This document shows, piece after piece, positions 1-12,384 of a stretch of 64,000 nt of DNA. Origin of the DNA: Malacoraja senta (Eukaryota); assembly GCA_038087875.1 (NCBI GenBank), contig CM075988.1, positions 27,654,001 to 27,718,000 on the forward strand, written 5' to 3'. Under the pieces are notes generated by a model, which had not been told where the DNA came from, did no database searches, and saw nothing but the letters and a program-made list of their open reading frames with translations. Position 1 is the first letter of the stretch. Each line of letters starts with the position of its first letter. The position numbers and the translations under genes were made by a program.

Positions 1-560
1 ATTGAATTTTTTTTCGATTGCTGTAACCAGCTGAAAAGGAGATTGTCTTGTGCACAAGAGCTCCACTGCCCACATGATGGAGGTCCACTCACCTCATTGA
101 AGGCACATGTGCTTATTGATGTCAACCTTGAACTTCAAACTTGATTATTCATTTTCCACCATGTGGCATTGATGACTTGTTAGCAACTGCCATTCATGGA
201 AAGCATACGATTCTCTGAGTTAGTGCAAACCATATCACATTGGGCTGAAAGAAATGGGGTGAACCATTTTCCATATTAAAAGCCAAAAAAAATGAAGAAT
301 TAAATGAATTTGGCTGGAATTTGTGTTATACCTGGAATGATCATGCATCTGAATGGGTTAACTCGAAACACACTTGTTATTTGGTCCCAAGCCTCATTTG
401 TGGACCTTGTTTATAGGCCTGCCCCTTGTTAGCAGTGGAATTAAATTTCAAATAGCTCGGGTAGGTACTATAATTGAGGGGAAGTGATGATCAAGGAGGA
501 AGCTGATTCTTTGTTCAGTTAAGTGTTTATGTTAAGAATTTTTGAATGTAGATATCAATA

Positions 561-1096
561 GTAGAGTCATAGTGTAATACATTGTCGAAACAGGCCCTTC
601 GGCCCAACTCGCCCACACTGGCCAACAATGTCCCAGCTACCCTAGTCCCACTTGCTTGCGCTTGGTCCATAACCCTCCAAACCTGTCCTATCCATGTACT
701 CGTCCAACTATTTCTTAAACGATGGGATAGTCCCAGCCTCAACTACCTCCTCTGGCAGCTTGTTCCATACACCTACCACCGTCTGTGTGAAAAGGTTAAC
801 CCTCTGATTCCTATCTTTTCCCCTTCACCTTGAACCTATGTCCTCTGGTCCTCGATTCCCCTACTCTGGGTAAAAGACTCTGTGCAACTACCCGATCAAT
901 TCCTCTCATGATTTTGTATATAAGATCTCCCTGTATCCTCCTATGCTCCATGGAATTGAGACCCAGCCTACTCAACCTCTTTTATATAGTTCACAACCTC
1001 TAGTCCTGGCAACTTCCTCGTAAATCTTTTCTGACCCTTTCAAGCTTGACAATATCTTTCCTATAACATGGTGCCCAGAACTGAACACAATATTCT
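561..1096 (-). mobile_element. CR1-type LINE 3' fragment (left part, interrupted by L1)
   Basis: Reverse complement of a typical CR1 3' end and RT C-terminus; the sequence resumes at 5029 after the L1 insertion. Confidence 0.85.
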
Positions 1097-4000
1097 TTTT
1101 TTAATTTTTATTTTTCATTAATTCTTTTATTAGAAGTATTGTACAGTACAGTGATCTCAAACAAACATAAAATTATACATTTCTTGTACCACTTCTTATT
1201 TTAAACTTTAATAAGAAAAAGGATAGAAAGAGTTAGCAAAGATAGTAAGTGAGTGATTGAAAGAGTGGTCCAGGAACAGCCATAGGGACCTAAACCACAA
1301 GAAAGAGTTAAACAAAAGAGAAAAACCAAAAGAAGGAAAAATAAAAAAAAAGTAAGATAAGACAAGATAAAAGGGATGTACCTACTTCATATCTTTACAC
1401 ACCCCTCACCAGGTCCTGAAACCATTTATTATCAACATTTTGTTGCACCCTATATTTGTAATAAGTCGGTAAATGGAGACCAAATCTTTTGGAAATGGTC
1501 TGGTTTACTTGCTAAGAGGAATCTCATATCTTGTAGGTGTAACAGTTCCGACATATTAGAAATCCACATTTTTGTCGTTGGCGGGGAGCGTTTTTCCAAA
1601 ATTTCAGTATAATTTTTTTTGCCGTTATTAAGCCATAATTAAGAAAGCTCCTTTGAAACGAAGTCAGCTCCAAACTGGCTTCGATTGTTCAAAAAATGAT
1701 CAGTTCTGCATTCGGTTTCAGTTTTATTTTAAATAATTTCGTGAAAATGTCAAAGATTTCATTCCAAATTTTTGAATTTTAATACAAAAAACAAAAGAAT
1801 GTGCTATATTTGCTTCTTGGGTTAGACATTTATCACAGATAGAAGAGACATTTGGGTAAAATTTACTTATTTTAGCTTTTGAATAGTATAATCTATGTAA
1901 GATTTTGAATTGAATTAGAATGTGTCTTACGTTAATCGAGCATTTATGCACATATAACAAGTGTTTATCCCAACTCTCTTTCGAGATTTTTATAGCTAGT
2001 TCTTGTTCCCAATCTCTTCTAATCCTATCAGATGATGGTATTTCTATATTTAGGATGGTATTATACAGGTATGATATTATATTAGTTGATTCCGCTTTTA
2101 TATTCATTGTCTCGTCTAATGGGTCTGGAGACATATTTTTTGATATTCTTGTGTATATTTTTTCAAATAGTCACGTATTTGAAAATATTTAAAATATTGA
2201 TTACTACTCAAGTTGTATTTAAGTTGTAGTTGGTGAAATGTTAAAAAACCTCCATTATCATACATATCTCCAAACGTTTTAATTCCTAATCTATCCCAGT
2301 GTGTAAACGATTTATCTATCGTAGAAGGTTTAAACGAAGGATTATTCATTATAGGTGAAAGAAGCGATAGATTTCTTAATTTTAAAGTTAATTTTATTTA
2401 TTTCCAAATTCTAATTGTACTATGGATAATTGGATTTTTACTATATATTGTATTCTTCAATTTTGTTGGTGAGAGAAGGATCGCTCCTATATTAAAAGGG
2501 GAACAATCTTCTCTCTCCATTACTATCCAATCCACCTGCTGGGCCGAGTTGTCCAGCAGGTGAATCATATTTTTGACATTTGCGGCCCAGTAATAATACA
2601 AACAAATTAGGGAGTGATAATCCGCCAAATTCTTTAGGTTTGCACAAATGTCTTCTTTGAATTCTATGGGATTTATAGTCCCATATAAAATTTGTAACAT
2701 CAGCATCCAGTTTAAAACTTGACTGGAATAGATATAGAATTTGTGTTAAAAAAAAATCATTTTTATAGCATTTATTCGGCCTATTAGAGACATCGGGAGA
2801 GTTTTCCAAAATTTAATCAGTATGTTTAGATTATTGAGTAAGGGCATATAGTTTGCATTAAATAAAGATTTATATTTTCTAGTAATTTCAAATCCCAAAT
2901 ATTTGAATTTTTCTGAAGCGATTTTAAAAGGGAATTTTAACAGGTGTGTTGGGTCTTGAGGTTTTATCGTCATAATCACTTTTATTCCAATTTATTCTAT
3001 ATCCTGAAAAGGATCCAAATTCCTCTATTAGATTTAATATATTTGGTATACTGATTTATGATTTTGTAATATATAATAGTACATCATCTGCATATAATGA
3101 TATTTTATTATTTGAGTATTTTGTATTATAACCATGGATGTTCGGATGTATTCTAATACTTTCCGCTAACGGTTCTATTATAAGAGCAAATAGAGGTGAT
3201 AATGAACATCCCTGTCTATTTCCCCTTGATAATTGAAATTTCGGGGACAACATATTATTAGTTAATATTCTGGCAGTAGGCCTGTCATATAATAATTTTA
3301 CCCAAGCGATAAAATTCTCTCCCATTTGAAATTTTTGCAATACTTTAACAAGGTAATCCCATTCCACTTGATCGAATGCTTTTTCTGCGTCCAATGAAAT
3401 AATTGATAAGTCTTGTTCTTCGGTTTTATATGAGTGCATTATATTAAACAGACGTCTCAGATTATTGCATGAGTATCTATTGGGTATAAACCCCATTTGA
3501 TCCACATTTATTAATTTACTAACATATTCACTTAATCTTCTAGCTAATGTTTTCACTAATATTTTTTGATCTGTATTTAACAGCGCAATAGCTCTATAAG
3601 AACCCGGGTCTTCTAAATCTTTATCTTTTTTAGGTATAAGTGTAATCGTTGATTCAGCTAGTGTTTCTGGAAGTGTATGTTCTTTAAAAGCATATGTATA
3701 CATTTTATGTAACCGTGGTGTAATTATCTCGTAGAATCTTTTATAAAATTCATTACTAAAACCACCTGGTCCTGGTGTTTTTCTATTCTTTAATGAATTT
3801 ATTGTTTCTTCTATTTCCTTAATTGAGATTTGTGCACCTAATTCCTCTTGTTCCATCAAATTATGTTTTGGGAGATTACAATTATCCAAGAACTCTATAA
3901 CTTTAGTACTATCTGCTAACGCTTTAGATGTATATAAATTTTGATAAAATTGAGCGAATCTTTTATTAATATCCTTAGGTAGTGTTAACAATTCCCCTTT

Positions 4001-5028
4001 ATCTGATTTAATCTTTAAAATCGTATGATCTTTTTCCCGTTTTTTCAGTTGTCGGGCCAAAAGTTTGTGTGGTTTATCCCCAAATTCAAAATTTTCCTGT
4101 TTTGTAATTTGAAATAATCTTATAACATTTGCTGATAATATTTTATTTTATTTAAATTTCAATATTGTTATTTTATTATGTTTATCTATAGTTGGCTCTT
4201 TAGCGTTATCTAAATCCAATTGTCTAATTCGTTCTTCTAACTGCCTTTGTTCATTCTTATTCTTTTTGTTTAAAAAAGCTTGGTATGAGATTATAGATCC
4301 TCTAATAAATGCTTTGAAAGATTCCCATAGTAAGGTTGGTGAGATCTCTGGGGTATCATTAGTCTTGAAAAAAAGTTCCATCTGTTGTTTTAGATATATT
4401 TCCCCTTGTGGATCATTTAGGATTTGAGGATTAAACCTCCAAAACGATTAATTTAAAAAAAAAAAGGTAACGGGGAGTGATCAGAAATTGTACTATTGTG
4501 GTATTTTGGGTTCAGTGTATAGGGAATTAATTTTGTATCCACTAGGAAATAGTCGATACGTGAATAAGTTTCGTGTACCATTGAATAAAACGAGTATTCC
4601 CTTCCAACAGGGTTAGCGATCCCCCAGACATCTGTTATATTTGTATTTTTTATGTATATATTTAAGATTTCCCTGGTTTTAGATTTTGTATTACCCCTGT
4701 TCTGTTGTGAAGATTTATCCAAGTATGGATCTAAAACACAGTTAAAGTCTCCCCCAATTATCACATTTTGATAATTGAACTCTGAAATTATATTCAGGAT
4801 TTTATTAAAGAATTGGGGATTATCAAAATTAGGCGCATAAATATTTACCAAGGTAATTGGAGTAGCATGAATCTCTCCGGTAACTATGAGGTATCTCCCT
4901 TCCTTATCTATTATGATATTCTTTGATTTAAATGGTATACCTTTGCGAATAATAATTGCTGTGCCTCTAGATTTGGAAATATATGAAGATTGGTATGTTT
5001 GGCCTAACCAATTTGCCTTCAATCTAGT
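1097..5028 (-). mobile_element. 5'-truncated L1-clade LINE with frameshifted ORF2 (APE endonuclease, RT, Cys-rich C-terminus)
   Basis: ORF pieces 4453-5091 (VNIYAPN, GGDFN, YSRIDYF, SDH), 3056-4060 (SLDAEKAFD, RQGCSLSP, YADD) and 1724-2134 (CDKC...H...C); T-rich tail at ~1097; TSD TGAACACAATATTCT at 1082-1096 and 5029-5043. Confidence 0.95.
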
Positions 5029-5251
5029 TGAACACAATATTCTAAATGCGATCTCACCAATGTCTAATACAACTGCAACATGACCTCCCAACTTCTATAC
5101 TCAATACTCTGACTGATGAAGGCCAAAGTGCCAAAAGCCTTTTTGACCACCTTATCTACCTGCGACTCGACCTTCATGGAACCATGCACTTGTGCTCCTA
5201 GATCCCTCTGCTCTACAACACTACCTCAGAGGCCTCCCATTTACTGTGTAA
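5029..5251 (-). mobile_element. CR1-type LINE fragment (right part)
   Basis: Continues the 561-1096 CR1 across the TSD. Confidence 0.85.
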
Positions 5252-5743
5252 GCACATGGTTTTGACTGCTTGTATTGCACATTTTCCTGAATGTGGCCAG
5301 CCAGACAGCAATAAGGTTTAGTATTTCAAATTTGTTGGTTTTTGCAAATGCACTCACTACAGCAGATTTCAACGGTGCAATAAAACAATATCTTATTTTT
5401 AGTTTTTTATGAAATTCAAGAAGCTTGTCATATTAAGATTGCATTAGAATTTGCTTTGGGGAATGGTTATTTTTGTTGCTACTCTTAGTTTGCTGATATG
5501 TCTTAAATTTTGAATTGGCGTTATAAACTGTAGAAATCTACAGAAATTGCAACACCTAATATATGTGGCTCAAATTTTTCATACGGCTCAATAGCATGGA
5601 TCTAAATAAGCTTCTGTCAAAATAGACATTAATTCTGTCTCCCGGGCACATGTAGCCCAGACATTTGCAGGATGCGTAGAGTTTATTCCCAGCACTAAAG
5701 TGGGACGCCTTGCATTTCACTGTAGTGAATTCTGTATGCATTA

Positions 5744-6046
5744 AGGGCCTGTACGTTATTCACGAATTCTCCTTATTCACGAATTCTCCCGCGTTTTCAA
5801 ACTCGCAGAATGTTCGTAACGAGGCCTTAGGAGTCCGTGGATATATCGTAGCGACTCGTTATGCCAGCCGTAGGTACTCGGGGCTATTTTTTTTACTCAA
5901 GGACATTTTTCATCATGCTGAAAAAACGTCCCGACTTACCTGATGCCCCGAGTACCTACGAGCTATTTGAGGTTTTTCAGGCGAGTGCCCTCGAGCTTGA
6001 AGGTCGAAGACAGTTGCTGAAAAGTCGCGTTAGTGGGACAGGCCCT
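5744..6046. mobile_element. PIF/Harbinger-type MITE
   Basis: Termini AGGGCCTGT...AGTGGGACAGGCCCT; TTA on both sides (5741-5743, 6047-6049); left TIR partly lost. Confidence 0.8.
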
Positions 6047-7062
6047 TTAGGAGGAGAGAATGACAATAGTATTAATGTACAAATCATGGTAAAGTGTGAC
6101 GTGGAATGCTTGCTGCATTGTATTATTCGTTTGCGGTTATTTCTTCAGCGAATCTGACTAGCCGATTAGAATTGTGCATTAATGGCTCAGAATTTGTTGG
6201 TAAATGCTGGATTTTCCAAATGGTACCTTTGGCATTTACTCTGTTTAAATGCCATTAAGTCCTGGATTTCTGTTCACGTGTCATGAAATATATAATCACC
6301 AAATTTTACATGTCGAATACAGTGCCCACCTGTGCCATGTGTGGGGAAATCTCAAAACTGACGTTAGTGTATTGGCCCTCAGAGTCTGTGCAAGATCTGT
6401 TGCCCCAGGTTTAGTGATACTTTTGTTGCAGTGGAGAAAGTTACTTTCCACGTTATTTTAATTTTTGTTTAAGTTTTCAGTTATTTGTGTGCAGAGCTCA
6501 TTTTAATATTTTAAATTTTACTTTTACGTTCTGGGTTTGAAGATGGTCAAAGCTTTTGTGGGTGTTTCAAATTTGTGTTCTTGAAAAATCTGCTGCATTA
6601 TGATGTTGGATTTCAGGATAATTTGGACCAGCAAAACAGCCCTTTCGCCATGCTCTTGAGTGGATGTGACCCATTTGTGGCTTTTATGTCTTCAAATAGG
6701 AGGATATTGGGTTTAAATCTTACTCCAGAGTTGAGCATAACACCTCAGGTTAACATTTGAATGAGGGCTGCTGCTAAGTTCCTGATTGTGCTCTGCCATT
6801 AAACATGGTGTGAAGTCCAATGCAAAGAAGCATGCTGAGATGTTCCCATCATGTAAACTAGAACAGCTACTGTGGAATCTTATTCCAGATTAGATTTCTG
6901 AACCCATTGATTTGAATAGGCATATTATGGCTAAGAGCATAAAAGGTTAGAGCAGGTTGTTGCAATTTTAATTTTAATTTTGTTATTGCCTCAATTTTTT
7001 CGATAATTTAAATGACATAACATTTTATGACTTTTCATGTTTTTGAATGTTAAGGACCTTAA

Positions 7063-7319
7063 AGGGCCTGTCCCACTTGGCGAGTTTTTTCGGCGACTGC
7101 CGGCGTCATATCAGTGTCGCCAAAAGATTTTGAACATTTCAAAATCCAGCGGCGACAAAAAAAATGTTGCGACACTTGAAAAAACACCGCGCGTCATACG
7201 TCATCATGCCGCGTCAACGTAGCGTCATGCCGCATCACACTGCGAATTTTTCGGTGACCTGATACGTCAGTCAATGATGCCGGCAGTCGGCGAAAAAATC
7301 GCCAAGTGGGACAGGCCCT
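7063..7319. mobile_element. PIF/Harbinger-type MITE
   Basis: TIR AGGGCCTGTCCCACTTGGCGA / TCGCCAAGTGGGACAGGCCCT; TAA TSD (7060-7062, 7320-7322). Confidence 0.9.
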
Positions 7320-7382
7320 TAAGACTCTTTAAAAGGAACACTGTTTTGACAGAAGGCAAGAGGTTGGCAGCATGACTTTGCT

Positions 7383-7692
7383 ATAGGTGCTCCCCAGGTT
7401 AGGACAGCCCGACTAATGTACATCACATACATAAGAACAAGTGTTGGGAGACTGAGAGGATGAATTTGTTGGCTGCTGGGGGTCTGCAGGCATCTTCTGC
7501 CATATGGGAACACTGCTTGCAGCAATATCCAACTGACTTGAGTTAAAAGTGCTGGTATAACTACACATTGTCCTTGGTTAGCCTATATTTTTACATATAA
7601 TGGCAGGGTGGTCAGATTTGTGACTTACAAACTGTTCCGGTTATGAACAGTTCTCGGGCAAGGAACACTGTCATAACCTGTGGAGGACCTGC
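7383..7692. mobile_element. Decayed Tigger/pogo-like non-autonomous element
   Basis: Ends resemble degraded Tigger TIRs (taggtgctccccaggttaggac ... tcataacctgtggaggacctgca). Confidence 0.4.
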
Positions 7693-7899
7693 ACCTGTTT
7701 CTGGAGGAGATTTACTGGCAGAGTTTATTCTGTATGCCCAGGTCACTTGAAGATGATAGTTGAAGTAAGAGTGTTACACAGGGCAAAGCATTGCTTGGCT
7801 TTGAGATATCCGGCTACATGGTTGGTAAAATAGATTTGGACTTGTTATGTTTGAGGCTGCAGGGAACTTAAGTGGTATGGACAACGGATCTTTGGCAAT

Positions 7900-8110
7900 A
7901 TCTGGTCCTCAAATTGAAGCCATTCTGTTCTCTAAGGTGGATACAATAATATTTTTGATAAATAGCAGAAGGGTGTTTTCTGTGTTATCCTGACTAATCT
8001 GAGCCAGCATCACTAAAATACCTGCCGCTTGTGAAGAGGGCAAATTGGCAACTATACCTCATTGGCTGTAAATGTGGTGAATATTGTAAAAGGTGCTATA
8101 TGAATAGAAC
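7900..8110 (+). mobile_element. Old Deu-domain SINE fragment
   Basis: Degraded similarity to the Deu domain and its tail (aggtggatac..., catcactaaaa, cattggctgtaaa, aaaggtgctatat). Confidence 0.5.
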
Positions 8111-8198
8111 TATGTAATACACTTTGAGAGGAACTGAATTAAAAAATGACAACATGATGGTTACGTATAAATTGCACATCTGACAACTGTTAAATAGC

Positions 8199-8310
8199 AT
8201 ATTTATTTTGAAGAAGGTCTGAAGAAGGGTTTCGGCCCGAAACGTTGCCTATTTCCTTCGCTCCATAGATGCTGCCTCACCCGCTGTGTTTCTCCAGCAT
8301 TTTTGTCTAC
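8199..8310 (+). mobile_element. Solo Penelope terminal (pLTR-derived) cassette with 12-bp TSD
   Basis: CTGTTAAATAGC at 8187-8198 and 8311-8322; same cassette ends the GIY-YIG-bearing fragments elsewhere in the window. Confidence 0.85.
8215..8250 (+). ncRNA. Minimal type I hammerhead ribozyme motif
   Basis: AGGU-CUGAAGA-A-GGGU(UUCG)GCCC-GAAAC-GUU-GCCU: both core boxes, helix II with UUCG loop, 4-bp helix I, palindromic AACGUU in place of helix III. Activity is not shown by sequence. Confidence 0.75.
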
Positions 8311-9249
8311 CTGTTAAATAGCTAATGACTTCAGCAAGCTTCTTTAATACGCAGTGTTTAATTCTAGCATTGTCACAAATGTAATATAGGTTGATTAATA
8401 ACTGCAATATCCTGTCAGTGCCTTAACAATAGTGAATTATGGTTCATGTTGTTAAAATAATCATAGTGCTTTATTTGAATTGTTTTAATTTATATTTGCA
8501 TTATATTTATTTTGATCGCTACAGATTGGGAGAATAAGTTCTTTGATGCAGTGACCAGTTCTATTGTGATTATAATATGACACGGGAAAAGAGCTTGAGT
8601 TCAATGAAAGGAAGAAAGTTAAAATAGCAATATAAAAATAGAACATAATATATATATTTATTATATTATATATATATATATATATATATAGGGAATAAAA
8701 AGAGAACTTTGAGAAAGTAGTTGGCAATTTCTCATTGTAGACTTAAGATCACAGTTACAGATAACAGCAAATATGCATAAGATGAACCTTCAGTAGACCT
8801 TTTAATCAGATTTCCTTGGCATTATGCTATTTACCATTTTTGTTACAGAAAAAATTACCTTCATATGGGAACACCAATTTTCACTTCACACCAAAGAATG
8901 AGATAAAATGTAAATTTCCAAATAATTGCAATTTAGCTATTTTTAAATAATGAAAGTATTTTTGGAGATGGCAAACTGAATTAATAGACATAAGTTTCCT
9001 TCGTTGCTGAAGCAAAAATAGTTTATAACTGCACCCCCCTGTCCTCATTCATTTTTCTCAAAGTCAAGAATTTTCTACACACTTTTCTTTGCCCTATATT
9101 TCTGTTACTTTTGGGAACTTGCCTGAAGTAAAGTGCATAAATAAAATTGCAGTCATTTTTGTAGTTGTTCGGATTAGCATCGAAGTTAGATATAAAAGTT
9201 GCAAAATAAAAAAAATATGTTGTAAATATTTATATCTTGGGACACTCTT

Positions 9250-9722
9250 GGGTATAGTAGTATAGTGGCTAAGTCCCTTGACCAATAGGCAGTGTTCTGA
9301 ACCATAGGTTCCAGAGACACATATTCAAATCCCATGATAACAACTAGTGAATTTTATTTAAACTAATAAAATAAATCTGGAATGAATGAGAATCTTGACT
9401 TGGGAATGGTAAAAGTGGAGTCACTGGATTATGTTTAAAAAAATCTGCTTGATTTGTGATATTCAGGGAAGTAAATCTACTATCCTTGCATACCTGTTAA
9501 TTTATTTCATTATTGTTTAGTGTATATTTATTTTTTATTTTAATATTCCTGCAAAACTGCAAATATGTCATTGTTCTGATCCTGGTGCATAGACAATTAG
9601 ACATTCTTGACTCATGGTCTATTTGTGAATTCAAAACAGTCAGCATTTGACTCTTAACTGCCTTCTCAGTTCAGTGGCAATTGGTGATAAATGCTGGGAT
9701 TATTGGTGAAGTCCCCATCTAT
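9250..9722 (+). mobile_element. Old tRNA-headed SINE (interrupted)
   Basis: A-box-like tagtatagtggct, B-box-like attcaaatccc, body motifs aaatctggaat, agggaagtaaatct, tgactcttaactgcc. Confidence 0.55.
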
Positions 9723-9814
9723 TGTACATACAAATTAAAATGAAAATCAAATCTATAATGTTTTAGGTTCATTAGATTACATCTCAGGAGCAGACTCTGT
9801 AGTAACTAATTTGC

Positions 9815-10100
9815 ATATAGCAAGTTTCCACAAATGAAAAATGAATAATTAATCAGATAATTTGTTCCTCGGCTTGCTTTACTGAAGGAAGGCCATTGGC
9901 AAGGACACTGGGAGAACTCTGTGTTCTTTTGAGTCGTAATAGACAGAAAAGATGTTGCATAGTTAGTGCTTTTCTAAACCTCAGAACATTCCAAAGTCCT
10001 TCACAACCAACAAAATATTTTTGAAATGCAGTCATTGTAACTCTGAAATGCAGCATTCGACTTGCAGGGAACAAAATCCTACAAACAGTAATGGATTTGT
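9815..10100 (-). mobile_element. Deu-domain SINE fragments
   Basis: Reverse-complement Deu domain and tail pieces (ggacactgggagaactc; cctcagaacattccaaagtccttcacaaccaa). Confidence 0.5.
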
Positions 10101-10402
10101 TGTTTGACCAATTATTTAACCAGTCAGAAATAAATATGAAAATTCACACACAAACAACATTTATAAAATCATCATTTCAGCTCTTCCAAGAACTTTGCAC
10201 ACTATGCCTGAATGGAGATAATTAGTTAACTCTCTTTTTCAGTGTGAGTTCACTATTTTATAATAGCTGGAAGCTAGTGAGTTCAAATTCCATTCTCGGA
10301 CCTTGGACACAAAAATCTAGTGTTACTATGTTAGGGAAGAGCTGCACAATTAGACGAGATGCTGAAGTGAGGCGTCATTTGTTATTTCGGGTGGATGTAA
10401 AG

Positions 10403-11643
10403 CAGGAATCGGCAACCTTGTTCTGCATAGGGGCCAGGACGCATGACTGAGTGGATGGCGGGCCACATGGTTAAGATGGCGGCGCCTCGCGGCAGCGGCC
10501 TCTGCAGTCCGTCTGTCTTTTTTTCTTTTGTCCTGTTAAGTGTATGTTTTGGTTATAGTTTATATATTTTTAGCTGTGTGGGTGTGGGGGAAACATTTAA
10601 ATCTCTTCCTTGTACAGGGACCCGACCTTTCCCTGTCGGTTCTCCGTTGTCGTTGGGGCCTAGCACCGTGGAGCGGCCTCCAACCGGAACCGACCTGCAG
10701 ACTCACCATCGCAGAGCTGGCCGACTTCGGAGCGTGGAGAGCTGTGGTGGTGCGCGGCTGCGACCCGACTTCGGAGCTCGGAGGCTCCAGCTGCCGGCCC
10801 TGTGGACGGTAACATCGGGAGCTCGCGGGTCCCTGGTGGGAGACCGCTCCTGCAACGGCAACTTCTCCCGCCCGAATCGCGGGGTTAAAAACGACTTGGA
10901 GATGGGCCTTACATCGCCCGGTGCGACCTTAATGGCCACGGGACTTGCCATCGCCCGCCGAGAAGAATAAAGAACGGGGAGAGACAAGACTTTGCCTTCC
11001 ATCACACTGAGGAGGTGTTTGGAAATTCACTGTGATGAATGTTTATGTAAATTGTGTATCTTGGTTTTTTTCTTGTTTGTATGACTGCAGAAACGTAATT
11101 TCGTTTGAATTTAGGTTCAAATGACAATAAACAGTATCTTATCTTACTTACATGGATCCCGCCCCGGATGGCAGGCACCAAATCACGTGTTCACATAGAT
11201 CCCGCCCCTTCGGGGACAACTAGAGGCACTGCCCCTAGTTACGGGCACTCACGAACATGGCGCATCTACGGACCATTGCCTTGGCTCTGTCCTGAAGGCG
11301 GTGGCTCAAATACTCATACTCACTCATTCCCAGCCTATTGAAACCCCAATCCTGACAGTGAAGCCCAGACACGGAAGGTGCGTGGCCGTGCCGGTGGCTT
11401 TGCGCAGGATGTGGTAAGCCAGAGCTCACCGCTCGGCAGCTCCACCAATGTGGCCGCTAGCGCAGGCCTCCTTGCGTCCTTGCGTCATCGCGCCTGGGCG
11501 CCGCAGCCTCGGGCCCGGGAGGTACCGGAGATGACAGAAGTTTGCGGGCCAGATGATTACTGGGAAAAAAATACGCCTGCGGTCCGGATGATTTCGTGTT
11601 ATGGGCCGCATTCGGCCCGAGGGCCGTAGGTTGCCGATCCCTG
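10403..11643. mobile_element. Non-autonomous hAT (Charlie-like) element
   Basis: TIRs CAGGAATCGGCAACC / GGTTGCCGATCCCTG; perfect 8-bp TSD ATGTAAAG (10395-10402, 11644-11651). Confidence 0.92.
10471..11149 (+). mobile_element. GC-rich non-autonomous retroposon (SINE-like) nested in the hAT element
   Basis: 3' end tgacaataaa followed by (ATCTT)n tail; ACATGG repeated at 10465-10470 and 11150-11155; shares tgccttccatcac motif with other copies. Confidence 0.75.
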
Positions 11644-12384
11644 ATGTAAAGGATCCTATGGGACTATTTGAAATATGAACAGGAGAATTATCCATGGTTC
11701 TTGGCCAGTATTTACATGTCAATATAAATTACTAGAAATAGAGATCATCTGTCTATTTTCATAATGCTATTTATTGTATCTTGTCCACAAACTGACTGCT
11801 GTGTTGTATTTCAAAATATTTTATTGTGTGAAATGTGCTTTGGGTTGTCTTGTAAGATACTACATGGCTGAAACTTTCTCACTGCATCTCTGCACAACAG
11901 AAGATTTATGGAAGTTAGACCAAAATATGATGTAATTTCATATAATTGTAAAAATATGCATTTAATCAATCTAGCTCTTGTATACAAAATGCAAGCAATG
12001 CTGTTAAATTTGCATTCCATTCTTTTTATCAACAAAAATCTTTAATTGGCAACATGTCGTCATTAACCAAAGGATATTTGGCCTCCTGATGGATTCAGTG
12101 CTAATTGAACTACCGGTATATTTTGTCTCTGAGGGAGTTCACGTGCCAATACCCAGATACCTTTGCAGGATGGCCTACATTTTGATTGTTGTTCAAAATT
12201 TGTTCTTGGCAAATGTCCTTCAACTGTGGCAGCCTGACAAGGATATTTTGTTTTAATAGTCAGTTTGCACCAAAACATGGAGATACTGTTATATTTTCAA
12301 TGGAAGGTTAAAAGCTGTTTGCATGTTCAGATTGTATTCAACACATGGTGTATATTGATCAAATAATGCTATATCCTCTTTACA

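Larger units (their letters stand above)
10260..11810 (+). mobile_element. Deu-domain SINE split by a hAT insertion
   Basis: ggtggatgtaaag (to 10402) continues at 11652 as gatcctatgggactatttgaa...ttggccagtattta, the Deu core. Confidence 0.65.

Noticed and set aside
5029..5091. N-terminus of the 4453-5091 ORF as the L1 ORF2 start
   Set aside because: It lies in the TSD and flanking CR1; the L1 is truncated inside the endonuclease.
9250..9340. tRNA gene
   Set aside because: Only degraded A/B boxes of a SINE head; no cloverleaf.
10443..11005. 175-aa and overlapping GC-rich ORFs
   Set aside because: Lie inside nested non-autonomous elements; no recognisable domain.
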